Shown: positions 25,781-36,357, counted from the first letter of the stretch. The stretch is DNA of 64,000 nucleotides from Bacteroidales bacterium (GCA_028707815.1 JAQWAE010000001.1:68150-132149); one strand, 5' to 3'. The notes: a model not told the origin generated them from the letters alone. Numbers and translations are program-made.

Positions 25781-26533
25781 TTACCAATCCTTATCTATTT
25801 TAACATTCTGACCTTTAGTTTTATCTTTTTGTATTTTTTCTATAGTCTTCTGTTCTTCATTTTCTAATGCGTCAAGCATTCGCTCAGCATCTTCTTTAGA
25901 TATTGCCTGTTGATCTTCTCCCTGACCTTCCTCACCCTGTTGAGCTTGTTGTTGCTGCTGTTCTTGGCTTTCGCTTTGCTGCTTTTCCTGATTTTCTTCG
26001 CCCTCTTGCTGCTGATTTTGCTGTTGCTGCTGCTGATCCTGATTATCAGAATTTTGATTTTCTCCATCTTGATTTTGCTGCTCCTGCTGTTCACTTTCCT
26101 GCAATTTTTGTTGAGCCATAGCCAAATTATATCTCGCATTTTCATTATTCGGGTCTAATCGCAAAGTCTGTTTATATGCTTCTGCAGCTTCCGCATATTT
26201 TTGTCCGTCATAAAGAGTATTGCCCAAATTATAAAGTGCAGACGACTTAGTTTTTACATCATCACTACGCTTTGCAACAGCCGCATAAGAAGTCATTGCT
26301 TCTTCATAATTGTTTTGCAAATATAATGAATTACCCAGATTAAATTCGCCCTCATTACAAAGCGGTGATTCTTCTAACGCCTTTCTATACTGTATCTCGG
26401 CTTCTTTATAATCTTTACGCTCCATGTTTTTATTACCTTTTCTGACGAATGTGCGTTCTTTTTGCCCATATAATGTTACCGACATAAAAAGCGCAAAAAC
26501 CATTGATAAGATAACTACTTTATAATTAATCAT
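25781..26533 (-). CDS. batC: BatC-like TPR protein with a Q/E-rich tail
   Basis: TPR repeats (AEIQYRKALE, AAEAYKQTLRLDPNN) are followed by about 80 aa of Q/E low complexity. It overlaps batB by 4 nt. Confidence 0.7.
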   Translation of the reverse strand: MINYKVVILSMVFALFMSVTLYGQKERTFVRKGNKNMERKDYKEAEIQYRKALEESPLCNEGEFNLGNSLYLQNNYEEAMTSYAAVAKRSDDVKTKSSALYNLGNTLYDGQKYAEAAEAYKQTLRLDPNNENARYNLAMAQQKLQESEQQEQQNQDGENQNSDNQDQQQQQQNQQQEGEENQEKQQSESQEQQQQQAQQGEEGQGEDQQAISKEDAERMLDALENEEQKTIEKIQKDKTKGQNVKIDKDW

Positions 26534-27573
26534 TTTGATTCTTTTTTTAATATATTGTCCAATCTCAATTTACCATTACTTTTATCAGGCAGCACAATTA
26601 TCAGAAAGAAAAACAATATTGCTAATGCAACGAAATACTGAAATCCGTCTTTGTAATCTGTTACTTTTTGTGTTTCAAAAACAGTAGTATCCATAGCATT
26701 AATATCGTCAAATATCTTTTTCAATCCAACTCTTGCACTATTTGCACGTATATAAGCTCCGCCGCCGGCTTCAGCTATTTGCTTTAGAGACTCTTCATCT
26801 AATTTCGTAACCACAGTGGCTCCGTTTTTATCTTTTCTGTATCCTATTGTTCTACCATTTTGTATGATAGGTATAGGAGTGCCATCAGGAGTACCAATGC
26901 CTATTGTATGAACGGTTATTCCATTTTCTTTTGCTGCTTTTGCTTCAGAAACTGCGTCTCCAATATGATTTTCTCCATCTGTAATAATTATTACAGCCTT
27001 ACTATGGTCACTTTCGTTAAAAGATTTAACGGAAAGTTTTATTGCTTCTGCCAACGCCGTGCCTTGTACAGGAATAAAAGTAGGGTCAACTGTTGACAAC
27101 AACATTTTTACGGAATTATAATCCATCGTCAAAGGCAACTGCAAGTAAGCTTTACCGGCAAAGACAGTCAAACCTATTCTATCATTTTTCATGTTATCCA
27201 ACAAAAGTGAAATAGCTTGTTTAGCACGTTCTAACCTTGATGGTTTTATATCTTCTGCCAGCATACTGTTCGAGATGTCCAAAGCTATCATAAGATCAAC
27301 GCCCTTTCTTTCAATAGTTTCAACTTTTGATCCTTCCTGTGGATTTGCCAAAGCAACAATTAAACTACTGAAGCCCAATATAAATAGAACATATTTCAGT
27401 CTTCTCAAAATTGTCGATTCGCCATGCAACAATTTGGAAACAGTTATCTCTTTCCCAATTTTACACAACTTTTTCTTTCTGCTTATCTCAAGTAATATAA
27501 AAATGGCAATTATTGCCACATTTAACAGCAGCAGATACAATACATCCGGATGTTCAAATCTAAATAAATTCAT
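26530..27573 (-). CDS. batB: BatB, VWA-domain membrane protein
   Basis: N-terminal TM helices. The MIDAS-type VWA motif is DLMIALDISNSM. There is a C-terminal TM helix. Confidence 0.8.
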   Translation of the reverse strand: MNLFRFEHPDVLYLLLLNVAIIAIFILLEISRKKKLCKIGKEITVSKLLHGESTILRRLKYVLFILGFSSLIVALANPQEGSKVETIERKGVDLMIALDISNSMLAEDIKPSRLERAKQAISLLLDNMKNDRIGLTVFAGKAYLQLPLTMDYNSVKMLLSTVDPTFIPVQGTALAEAIKLSVKSFNESDHSKAVIIITDGENHIGDAVSEAKAAKENGITVHTIGIGTPDGTPIPIIQNGRTIGYRKDKNGATVVTKLDEESLKQIAEAGGGAYIRANSARVGLKKIFDDINAMDTTVFETQKVTDYKDGFQYFVALAILFFFLIIVLPDKSNGKLRLDNILKKESK

Positions 27574-27579
27574 GATGTT

Positions 27580-28575
27580 TTATGGAAAAATTCTTAAAAC
27601 AAAACCTCTTAACAAAAAATCAACGAATAAAAGAATAAGTGCAGCAAGCGCAAAAGGAAAATACTCTTCATTCTTTTTTTCATACTCATATACTTCTATT
27701 CTTGATTTCTCCAACTTATCAATTTCTGAATAAATAGTACTTAACGATTGATTATCTGTAGCTCTAAAATATTTGGCTCCTGTAATAGAAGCTATTTTTC
27801 TCAGCATATCTTCATCAATATTAACCTCTGTTTGCTGGTATCTTTTTCTACCGAAGACATCTTGCACCGGATAAGGAGCTGTTCCGTTGGTTCCAACGCC
27901 TATAGTATAAACTCTTATTCCAAACGTTTTAGCTATTTCCGCTGCTGACACAGGATCTATAGATCCGGTATTATTTACACCATCTGTAAGTAATATAATT
28001 ACTTTACTGATAGCCTCACTATCCTTAAGTCTTGACACTGAAGTTGCAAGACCACTGCCAATAGCTGTGCCATCTTCTATCATACCTATTTTTATTTCTT
28101 TGAATAAACCGTTTAACACATTATGGTCGGTTGTCAACGGACATTGCGTAAACGATTCACCTGCAAAGACCACCAATCCGATACGGTCATTAGGACGGTC
28201 ATCAACAAAATTCATTGCAACTTTCTTTGCAGCTTCCAATCTATTGGGTTGAAAATCCTCTGCCAACATACTGCCCGATATATCAACCGACATAATTATA
28301 TCTATACCCTCAACGTTCATTGTTTTATTTTTCTCACTTGATTGAGGTCTTGCCAATGCCACAATCAGCAACATCAGTGCTATCATCTCAATGCCGAATA
28401 AAACATGAACTAAAACGGATTTCAATGCTAATCCATTGCTTATAAAAGCCGTAGACGACATTTGCAATGTCGGAAACTTTCGACTGAATCGCCATACATA
28501 CCACGCTATCATTGCCGGTATCAGCAATAATAAATACAATAAATTCGGATTTGCAAATTCTATATTATTTAGCAT
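27580..28575 (-). CDS. batA: BatA, VWA-domain membrane protein
   Basis: The DIIMSVDISGSM VWA MIDAS motif is flanked by TM helices. It is a paralog of batB. Confidence 0.8.
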   Translation of the reverse strand: MLNNIEFANPNLLYLLLLIPAMIAWYVWRFSRKFPTLQMSSTAFISNGLALKSVLVHVLFGIEMIALMLLIVALARPQSSEKNKTMNVEGIDIIMSVDISGSMLAEDFQPNRLEAAKKVAMNFVDDRPNDRIGLVVFAGESFTQCPLTTDHNVLNGLFKEIKIGMIEDGTAIGSGLATSVSRLKDSEAISKVIILLTDGVNNTGSIDPVSAAEIAKTFGIRVYTIGVGTNGTAPYPVQDVFGRKRYQQTEVNIDEDMLRKIASITGAKYFRATDNQSLSTIYSEIDKLEKSRIEVYEYEKKNEEYFPFALAALILLFVDFLLRGFVLRIFP

Positions 28576-29563
28576 CTTTATTTTCTGTTAATCTTTTTGA
28601 ATTATTTTCCGCCGACTGTTCGGCTGTTTTATCTTTAATGTATTTCCACGTATTTTTAACAAATGTATAAGCATCTTCCAATACTTTCATATTCTCGTCA
28701 GGCTCAGTCTGATGTTTGGCAAATTTCACAAAATCGGATAATACAAAAATATTACGTCCCAAATCGTAATCTTCATTTGATATTTTATCGATTTTGTATT
28801 TTGATAATTGTTCAAAAATATCATCGGTAATCATTTCCACTGCCTGAACGCCAAACATTCCGGCTATATAACGCCGCAAAATATCGGTAATTTCGCCATA
28901 ATATTCTTTGACACCTCCATTTTGCCATAATTTTCTCTTTTCAAGCAAATACAAACTATCCAATGCCAGCCTATTAGCCGGAATAATTGGTTTATTTCTT
29001 ATAATAGTCGGCATTTTTTTATGCTTTTTAAAATAGATAATCACATAAATTATTACAGCAAGTACAGCAAGTATAAGCAATCCGATTCCTATTTTAGGAG
29101 CAATCTCAGCAAATGTCACCGGCATATTCATCACATCAACAATAGGTTTGATGCCGGCTGTGGTATCTATTGCAATTGTGTGAACTTCAAGTAATAATGC
29201 GTTCGATTCATACAGCTGCTCTTCTCCCGATTTATCTTTAATATAAAATTCATAAGCAGGAATAGCATAATAACCGGAATCAAAAGATGTCAGGACAAAC
29301 TCTCTGTTATAAACATATTTTCCTTCCGACTTTACAGTATCAGGAATTTTCTTTTCAACAACTTCTATTTCTCTTATTATGGTATCTCCTATTTCAGGCC
29401 ATTTTATGTCTATTTCTTCCGAAGATTCAACAGACAAATTGAAATTACTTTGCTGTCCGATAAGTATATTATTATTATCTAAAGTTGCCGATACTCTTAC
29501 CGACTGTGCTGAAATCAAAACAGTAAACGCAACAAAAAAAAGACTTATGATTAATTTTTTCAT
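28565..29563 (-). CDS. Bat-operon membrane protein (unnamed; signal peptide plus central TM helix)
   Basis: It occupies the slot between DUF58 and batA. Signal peptide MKKLIISLFFVAFTVLISAQ and TM helix IGIGLLILAVLAVIIYVIIYF. Confidence 0.55.
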   Translation of the reverse strand: MKKLIISLFFVAFTVLISAQSVRVSATLDNNNILIGQQSNFNLSVESSEEIDIKWPEIGDTIIREIEVVEKKIPDTVKSEGKYVYNREFVLTSFDSGYYAIPAYEFYIKDKSGEEQLYESNALLLEVHTIAIDTTAGIKPIVDVMNMPVTFAEIAPKIGIGLLILAVLAVIIYVIIYFKKHKKMPTIIRNKPIIPANRLALDSLYLLEKRKLWQNGGVKEYYGEITDILRRYIAGMFGVQAVEMITDDIFEQLSKYKIDKISNEDYDLGRNIFVLSDFVKFAKHQTEPDENMKVLEDAYTFVKNTWKYIKDKTAEQSAENNSKRLTENKDAK

Positions 29564-29564
29564 T

Positions 29565-30440
29565 TTAAAACCTGCCTTCTCTTACTTTAAATAATTTTTT
29601 CAAATCTTTGACATAATCTCTATCTGTACTAAGACTTGTATAGTCTACGCCACACTTTAAGAACAGTTTTTTAAGTTCCTGTTCTTTAATGAGCCACCAC
29701 TTTCTATAATCTTCACGTACTTTTTTTGATGAGGTATCCATCCATAATGTTTTGCCTGATTCTTTATCACTCACACGAACCAAGCCTACATTTGGAAACG
29801 TTATCTCTCTGGGGTCGGTAACTCTAAGAGCGACTATATCGTGTTTATATCTTGCAATTTTCAGAGCATTTTCAAAATCAGGAGCAATAAAATCGGAAAG
29901 AATAAAAACAGTTGCTCTTTTTTTCATTGTATTAGTCAGGTATCTAAGAGCGAGAGCCACGTCTGTTTTCTGGCTGCATGGCTTAAAATCCACTAATTCT
30001 CTAATAATACGCAAAATATGTGTAGTACCTTTCTTAGGAGGTATAAACTTTTCTATTTTATCCGAAAAAAAGATTACTCCGACCTTATCATTATTATTAA
30101 TTGCAGAAAATGAGAGGACTGCCGACACTTCGGTTATAGTTTCTTCTTTCAGGCTGTCTGTTGTTCCAAATTCATTAGAGCCGCTGACATCAACTAAAAG
30201 GATTACGGTAAGTTCTCGCTCTTCCTGAAATACTTTCACAAAAGGACGGTTATAACGGGCTGTCACATTCCAGTCGATATTTCTCGTATCATCTCCGAAT
30301 TGATATTCACGTACTTCGCTAAAAGCCATACCAATACCTTTGAAAGCACTGTGATACTGACCGGCAAAAATCTGTTGGGACAAGCCACGACTTTTTATCT
30401 CTATTTTTCTTACCTTTTTTAATACATCTTTAGTATCCAC
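29565..30440 (-). CDS. DUF58 (VWA-like) protein partnering MoxR
   Basis: The GIGMAFSEVREYQFGDDTRNIDW motif is typical of DUF58. It lies directly downstream of moxR. Confidence 0.8.
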   Translation of the reverse strand: MDTKDVLKKVRKIEIKSRGLSQQIFAGQYHSAFKGIGMAFSEVREYQFGDDTRNIDWNVTARYNRPFVKVFQEERELTVILLVDVSGSNEFGTTDSLKEETITEVSAVLSFSAINNNDKVGVIFFSDKIEKFIPPKKGTTHILRIIRELVDFKPCSQKTDVALALRYLTNTMKKRATVFILSDFIAPDFENALKIARYKHDIVALRVTDPREITFPNVGLVRVSDKESGKTLWMDTSSKKVREDYRKWWLIKEQELKKLFLKCGVDYTSLSTDRDYVKDLKKLFKVREGRF

Positions 30441-30500
30441 TTCAAAACAATTAGGTTATTTAATATATAAAAGGAACATAACATTGCTTTTAATTCGCTA

Positions 30501-31490
30501 TTAAGGAACCTCAACTTTGTTTAAAATTTCATTTATAATATTATCAGATGTAATATTTTCGGCTTCGGCATCATAAGACAAGCCAATTCTATGACGGAGG
30601 ACATCAAAAGCGACAGCTCTCACATCTTCCGGTATCACATAACCTCTTCTTTTGATAAAAGCATAACCTTTAGCAGCTAAGGCAAGTCCTATAGATGCTC
30701 TTGGAGAAGCTCCGTAACTTATCATAGATGTATAATTTTTCATACCGTATTGGTCAGGATAACGAGAAGCAAAAACTATACTTGTTATATAATTTTCAAT
30801 TTTTTCATCTAAATAGACAGTACGGGCGAGGTCTTTCAGTTCAAGTATATCCTTTATCTGAACTATTTTATTACATTTTGGTGTTGTTTTAAGAACATTC
30901 TGTCGCAATATCAATTTTTCTTCCTCTTTATCCGGATAGCCAACAATTACTTTAAGCATAAATCTATCAACTTGAGCTTCAGGAAGAGGATAAGTTCCTT
31001 CCTGTTCAATAGGATTTTGCGTTGCCAACACTAAAAATGGGTCATCAAGTTTAAAAGTTTGGTCGCCAATGGTAATTTGATGTTCCTGCATGGCTTCAAG
31101 CAAAGCACTTTGCACTTTTGCCGGAGAACGATTTATTTCATCAGCAAGTATAAAATTCGCAAAAACAGGACCTTTCTTTACTATAAAAGTTTCTTTCTGC
31201 GGACTATAAATCATAGTACCTATAAGGTCTGCCGGCAGTAAGTCGGGAGTAAATTGAATACGACTGAAAGAAGCATTGATAGTACTTGCCAACGATTTAA
31301 TAGCCAACGTTTTAGCAAGTCCGGGAACACCCTCCAAAAGTATATGTCCATCCATTAACAAGCCTATCAACAAACGTTCTGTCATTTGTTTCTGCCCTAT
31401 GATAACCTTGTTCATTTCAATAGTTATCATATCGATAATAGAGCTTTTTTCGATTATCAATTCATTAAGTTCTCTGATATTTGCATTCAT
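30501..31490 (-). CDS. MoxR-family AAA+ ATPase
   Basis: Walker A LLEGVPGLAKT, Walker B ILADEINR and LATQNPIEQEGTYPLPEAQ.DRF are present. Confidence 0.9.
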   Translation of the reverse strand: MNANIRELNELIIEKSSIIDMITIEMNKVIIGQKQMTERLLIGLLMDGHILLEGVPGLAKTLAIKSLASTINASFSRIQFTPDLLPADLIGTMIYSPQKETFIVKKGPVFANFILADEINRSPAKVQSALLEAMQEHQITIGDQTFKLDDPFLVLATQNPIEQEGTYPLPEAQVDRFMLKVIVGYPDKEEEKLILRQNVLKTTPKCNKIVQIKDILELKDLARTVYLDEKIENYITSIVFASRYPDQYGMKNYTSMISYGASPRASIGLALAAKGYAFIKRRGYVIPEDVRAVAFDVLRHRIGLSYDAEAENITSDNIINEILNKVEVP

Positions 31491-31504
31491 ATATATTTTT
31501 TCTG

Positions 31505-31512
31505 CAAATATA
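31505..31512 (-). promoter_or_regulatory. -7 box (TATATTTG on the minus strand) for the moxR-bat operon
   Basis: Exact TAnnTTTG match ending about 15 nt upstream of the moxR ATG. Confidence 0.45.
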
Positions 31513-31647
31513 TTATTTACTTCAGTTTATCATAAAAAAACGTTGTTAAATTATGTTAACTATTTGATTTTAAATAAATTAACTATTTCGTCAATCTTTC
31601 TATAAAAAAAAACAGAATAAAAGACTATGAATATCAAAAAATAGTTG

Positions 31648-31655
31648 TAGATTTG
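31648..31655 (+). promoter_or_regulatory. -7 box TAGATTTG for the 1030-aa cargo gene
   Basis: Exact TAnnTTTG match, about 62 nt upstream of the ATG at 31718. Confidence 0.4.
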
Positions 31656-31717
31656 TAACTTGAAATATTGAGTAAAAAATTAAATATAAAAATGAATTAA
31701 AAAAAATATAATAGCTT

Positions 31718-34700
31718 ATGAAAATCAAACATTTACGATTCAAAACATTCGTTTATGCAGTAGGTGTAGCAATGTTTTTATTTGCCACGGCTTTTATTGT
31801 AAGTAACGTAAAAAGTACAGCTTCAAAACAATCAACACATTATTATCAATCTGAGAATGAGTATTTGACTTCTTTGCGCTGTAATCCGGCAACCGGCACC
31901 GTGAGTCCGGCTGACTATGCAAAAGCTTGTCGTGATTTCGACAAATTTTTGAAATCCAATAGTACAAAATCAAGTGATTTAACATGGGAAACATCAGGAC
32001 CTGACAATTTATCCGGCAGAGTCAGAGTTCTGTTGAGAGATGATGCAAAATCATGTATGTTTCTCGGCAGTCCTTGCGGCGGGATATGGAAAGTTAATGA
32101 TGGCAGCCAAGTATGGCAGTCTTTGCCTTCACCGGCAGGTGACATCAATGTCACATGTATGATAAAAGCTTCCAACGGCAACTACTATGCCGGCACCGGC
32201 GAGAGTTTCTACTCAGAAGAGTTTAACCTCCTCGCAGGTTTCAAAGGAAGAGGTATCTACATGTCTACAGACGGTGAAAATTACACGGCTATAGCATCCA
32301 CAATACCTGCTTCTACAACACAAGAAGGCGGAGAATGGTTCTATATCAATAAATTAGCTGAATCCAACGGTAACTTGCTGGCAGCGACCAATACTTCTTT
32401 GAAATATTCGACAACCATGACAGGTGAAGCATGGAACATAGCCACAACTACTGACGGCACACAACTGACAGGAGAATGTACCGAATTAATTGTCTCCGGT
32501 AACGGCGTAGTATTTGCTTTTGTCAATGACCTCGCTTACGTATCTTCAACAGGAAGTCCAACCGGCTTTGAATGTGTTTCCACTCAATATTACGGTGACA
32601 ACGGTGTCCTCAATAACGAAGATATGCTTCCAAGAGACAGCATAGGCAGAATGTCTTTCGCTTTTGCTCCATCAGACCCTACCTATATATATGCAATTGC
32701 AATTCAAAAATATGACATAGCCTCCACCAAAGATTTTAATGAAAGAGGTTCGTTGAAAAATATTTATCGCTGTATACAAAATTCTGACGGAAGTTGGAGT
32801 AACTGGGAAGTCATCGGTCCCGGAGGAAGCAGCCACATGTTTTACGTATTTCAATCCAATGGTTTATACTCGGCGGCTATTGCTGTAGATCCTAATAATC
32901 CGGAAATAGTTTATGCCGGTGGAACAGACCTTTGGAAAGGTAATCGTGTCAGTAATTCCGAGCTATATCAGTGGACTCAGTTAACAACTTACGAAAATAC
33001 GTACTCCATTGCTTACGTTCCACAAAATCATTTTCAATATTTAATCAATGGTACTAACTGCTATATAGCTTGCGAAAATGGTGTATATATGCTTGGTTCC
33101 AATGGTCGCACAAGTCTTTTTAATACCAACCTGATAACTTCTCAATTCTATACTGTATCGGCAGATTATGAGAATAACATCTACGGCGGCAGCCAAGGTA
33201 ATGGAACAGTAGCCATATATAAAGCCTACGGTATCAGCGGAAAATCGGGTATAAATTTACATAATGCCGTTGGAAGTTCAGTCGGCTTAAATTTTGGTGC
33301 TTTTAAAATCGGCGGATATGTACATAATTCAATGATATATCCTAGCGGCACAATCATTTCCATCAACGGTAAAGATGACCTTAAAGACGAAACACAAGCT
33401 CAATTTGCTGATTATGCAGGAACCCAATGCCTTACAATTTATCGTTTTGACGACCAAGTTCCACAAAATATTTCTTATTGGTATTCCGGTGGTAATGTTA
33501 TTAAACCTATAGAAGACAGTGCATCATATATTACACCTTCTATATTATATGAAAACTTTGACTATGAATATAGTAAAGACAGCGTAGAATTTGTTGCCGA
33601 CCAGAATTATAAAGCAGGTGATACTGTATACGCAGGAAGTCATAACGCTTCATATCCTATAGAAGTTGTTCTTGAAGAGGATCTTGCCGAAGGTCAAAGC
33701 ATAATGGTTCACGATAAAGTGGCATCACGCTTCTTTGTAGGTGTTAACGGCTCTATTTTTATGACAAAAGAAGCCACCAACTTCAATCAAGATTTTGCCA
33801 ACAACAATCCATGGTTTACAATATCAAGCAGCAAGTTAAACGGTATTTCAGGCACTCCGCAATGTATGGCTTTGTCTAAAGATGCTAATTATCTGTTTGT
33901 CGGAACAAAAGACGGAAAATTATACAGATTATCCAACATAGCTTATGCTTATGATGAGACAACAGCTTCTGTTGGTTCCGATCTTTACTCAACAGCAACA
34001 CCGGTTCTCAATCCTTATTGCGTAATTGCCACAACTCTTATCCATACTTTTGAAAATCGTGTAATTACTTCTATAACCATCAATCCTTATGATTTTTCAA
34101 AAGTGGTTGTTACTTTAGGTAATTATGGTTTCAATGACGATGAGTATGTATATCTTACAACAGATGCACTTGAGCTTGTTCCTAATTTTACGGCTATTAA
34201 GAGTTTTGCAGCTGCACCTATTTATACCTCTTTGTTTGTAGAGGGCAATGATGAAGCTGACAACATGTTGCTTTTAGGTTCTGACTTCGGTGTCATAAGT
34301 ACTAATGATATTACAGCAAGTGAAGTTGTATGGAATTACGAAGATTCCGGATTAGGCGAACTTCCTGTATTTATGCTCAAACAGCAAACAGTACAGACAG
34401 TAGACGACAATCCTATCTATGTAGGCGACAATGAAAGGTATATCACAAACCACAATGCTATATATGCAGCAACTTATGGTGGCGGACTTTTCCAATGCTC
34501 CGATTTCCTTAAACCGGTAAATGTTACTCCTGCCGGTATCACTTCTTATAAAGAGACTAATAAAGTTAGTATATATCCTAATCCTGCCCGTGAAAATGCA
34601 ACCATATCCGTAGACTTACAATCTACATCTGACGTAGCAGCTTATATCTACAATATCAACGGTCAATTGGTTAAAGTTATGAGTCAACGTAATCAAAGCG

Positions 34701-34810
34701 GAAATGTAACATTCAATATCAATACATCTTCCATGGATACAGGTACTTATATCGTTAAAATAATTACCGGTGAAGGTACTCAATCATCAAAATTTATTGT
34801 AGTTAAATAA
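31718..34810 (+). CDS. Large secreted beta-propeller-like (BNR/sortilin-type) protein with a T9SS C-terminal sorting domain
   Basis: N-terminal signal anchor. BNR-like motifs are scattered through the protein (GGIWKVNDGSQVW, MSTDGENYT, GTKDGKLYRL). The C-terminus is VSIYPNPARENATISVDL...GTYIVKIITGEGTQSSKFIVVK. Confidence 0.7.
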   Translation: MKIKHLRFKTFVYAVGVAMFLFATAFIVSNVKSTASKQSTHYYQSENEYLTSLRCNPATGTVSPADYAKACRDFDKFLKSNSTKSSDLTWETSGPDNLSGRVRVLLRDDAKSCMFLGSPCGGIWKVNDGSQVWQSLPSPAGDINVTCMIKASNGNYYAGTGESFYSEEFNLLAGFKGRGIYMSTDGENYTAIASTIPASTTQEGGEWFYINKLAESNGNLLAATNTSLKYSTTMTGEAWNIATTTDGTQLTGECTELIVSGNGVVFAFVNDLAYVSSTGSPTGFECVSTQYYGDNGVLNNEDMLPRDSIGRMSFAFAPSDPTYIYAIAIQKYDIASTKDFNERGSLKNIYRCIQNSDGSWSNWEVIGPGGSSHMFYVFQSNGLYSAAIAVDPNNPEIVYAGGTDLWKGNRVSNSELYQWTQLTTYENTYSIAYVPQNHFQYLINGTNCYIACENGVYMLGSNGRTSLFNTNLITSQFYTVSADYENNIYGGSQGNGTVAIYKAYGISGKSGINLHNAVGSSVGLNFGAFKIGGYVHNSMIYPSGTIISINGKDDLKDETQAQFADYAGTQCLTIYRFDDQVPQNISYWYSGGNVIKPIEDSASYITPSILYENFDYEYSKDSVEFVADQNYKAGDTVYAGSHNASYPIEVVLEEDLAEGQSIMVHDKVASRFFVGVNGSIFMTKEATNFNQDFANNNPWFTISSSKLNGISGTPQCMALSKDANYLFVGTKDGKLYRLSNIAYAYDETTASVGSDLYSTATPVLNPYCVIATTLIHTFENRVITSITINPYDFSKVVVTLGNYGFNDDEYVYLTTDALELVPNFTAIKSFAAAPIYTSLFVEGNDEADNMLLLGSDFGVISTNDITASEVVWNYEDSGLGELPVFMLKQQTVQTVDDNPIYVGDNERYITNHNAIYAATYGGGLFQCSDFLKPVNVTPAGITSYKETNKVSIYPNPARENATISVDLQSTSDVAAYIYNINGQLVKVMSQRNQSGNVTFNINTSSMDTGTYIVKIITGEGTQSSKFIVVK

Positions 34811-34821
34811 TTAAAAACAAT

Positions 34822-36357
34822 TTGAAAATGAAAAAAATATATACAGCTATATGCGCAATATTGATGGTATTTGCTCTTTCTGCTCAAGAAAAAGCCTATA
34901 CACCTACTTTGGTATCTCCTGAAAACGGCAGTGTTAATATCATGCCTTGTGTTATTCTTGACTGGGAACCGATTTCCGGTTACTATAATTTGAGTTATGA
35001 AGTTCAAATAGCTAATGATGAGGCATTTAATGATGTAGTTTATACACTTCCGGCTCAATTATCTGCTTTAGACACGCCTCCTTTGAAATTCAACACCACA
35101 TATTATTGGAGAGTTCGTTCTATTGACTCCGGTACTCCTTCTGTCTCCGATTGGTCAGAACCATGGTCATATACTACTTTTGACAAATTAAGACTTATCT
35201 CACCGACAGCAGGGTCAACAAGGTCTCCTGAAATTGCATTTAATTGGGGTGCATTAGATAATCTCGCATTCTATGGGATAATCAAATTTGATGTTGAAAT
35301 AGATACATCTGCAAACTTTAACAGCGAGTTAGAAACTATCTATTCTTTTGAGAAAGAAAGTTATGCTGATGCTACCAGCGTTAGTGAAAAAATAGGAGGA
35401 CTTATATTCGGTTATCCATATTATTGGAGAGTCAGAGCTTATAATACCGCTGAGGGTAATTTGGCTGATGTCAGTTCTTGGTCAGATGCTTTAAGCTTTA
35501 GCGTAGTTAATGTTAATGTTCAAAACAAGCCGGAAATGACAGGCGGTAAAAATATTGATGTCAACCCTAATGTGACAATATCTCTGAAAACCACTTACAG
35601 CCCTTGTACCTATCTTTATCAATTAGACACTGACCCTGATTTTACAAATCCTATTGAATATAATTCTGCCAAAACATCTTACGACTGTGATACTTTACCG
35701 TACGGCACAACTTATCACTGGAGAGCTAAAATGTTATATAACGGTCAAAGTTCAGAATGGACAGAAGTATGGTGGTTCAGCGTAATTGGTGCTCCTATAC
35801 TTACTACTCCTGTAAACAATGCCGACTTATACGATAATGAAGCTTTAAAATTAAAGAAAATAGAAGTTACCAAAAACTACACTTTTGAAGTCTCTACTTC
35901 AAATACCTTCCCTGAGAGCAGCACTAAATCAGTAGTTGTCAAGCAATCTAGTTCTACAGTAATTTCAGCAGCAATTTCTTTGTTTGGCATTGAAGATTAT
36001 GGTACTACTTATTATTGGAGAGCTAAAGCTTATAACGATAAAAACGGTGAAACGGAATGGAGCGAAATTAGAGCTTTCGTTTTAAGACCATACGTAGGCA
36101 TCAACAATTATAACGCAGCAGAAATATCTGTTTATCCTAACCCTAATAACGGTCGCTTTTTCGTAGAACTTAACAAAACGGTTCCTCAAGCTCAAGTTAC
36201 AGTTATGGATTTAACAGGTCGTATCCGTTATAACCAAACAATAAATTTTATCGAAAACAGCAAACAAGAAATAAATGTCAACTTATCTAAAGGTTTATAT
36301 ATACTTAAAATATATAGCGATGGTATAAAGACAAACAGTAAATTTACTGTTTTGTAA
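34822..36357 (+). CDS. Secreted protein of about five tandem Ig/FN3-like modules with a T9SS C-terminal sorting domain
   Basis: Signal peptide. The module signature T(T)YYWR(V/A)(R/K) recurs four times (TTYYWRVRS, YPYYWRVRAYN, TTYHWRAKM, TTYYWRAKAYN). The C-terminus is ISVYPNPNNGRFFVEL...GLYILKIYSDGIKTNSKFTVL. Confidence 0.7.
   Translation: MKMKKIYTAICAILMVFALSAQEKAYTPTLVSPENGSVNIMPCVILDWEPISGYYNLSYEVQIANDEAFNDVVYTLPAQLSALDTPPLKFNTTYYWRVRSIDSGTPSVSDWSEPWSYTTFDKLRLISPTAGSTRSPEIAFNWGALDNLAFYGIIKFDVEIDTSANFNSELETIYSFEKESYADATSVSEKIGGLIFGYPYYWRVRAYNTAEGNLADVSSWSDALSFSVVNVNVQNKPEMTGGKNIDVNPNVTISLKTTYSPCTYLYQLDTDPDFTNPIEYNSAKTSYDCDTLPYGTTYHWRAKMLYNGQSSEWTEVWWFSVIGAPILTTPVNNADLYDNEALKLKKIEVTKNYTFEVSTSNTFPESSTKSVVVKQSSSTVISAAISLFGIEDYGTTYYWRAKAYNDKNGETEWSEIRAFVLRPYVGINNYNAAEISVYPNPNNGRFFVELNKTVPQAQVTVMDLTGRIRYNQTINFIENSKQEINVNLSKGLYILKIYSDGIKTNSKFTVL

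Noticed and set aside
25864-26158. Three overlapping ORFs (both strands) in the BatC tail region, plus apparent short tandem repeats
   Set aside because: They are artefacts of the Q/E-encoding low-complexity DNA. The repeats lack spacers and a CRISPR-like period, so this is not a CRISPR array.
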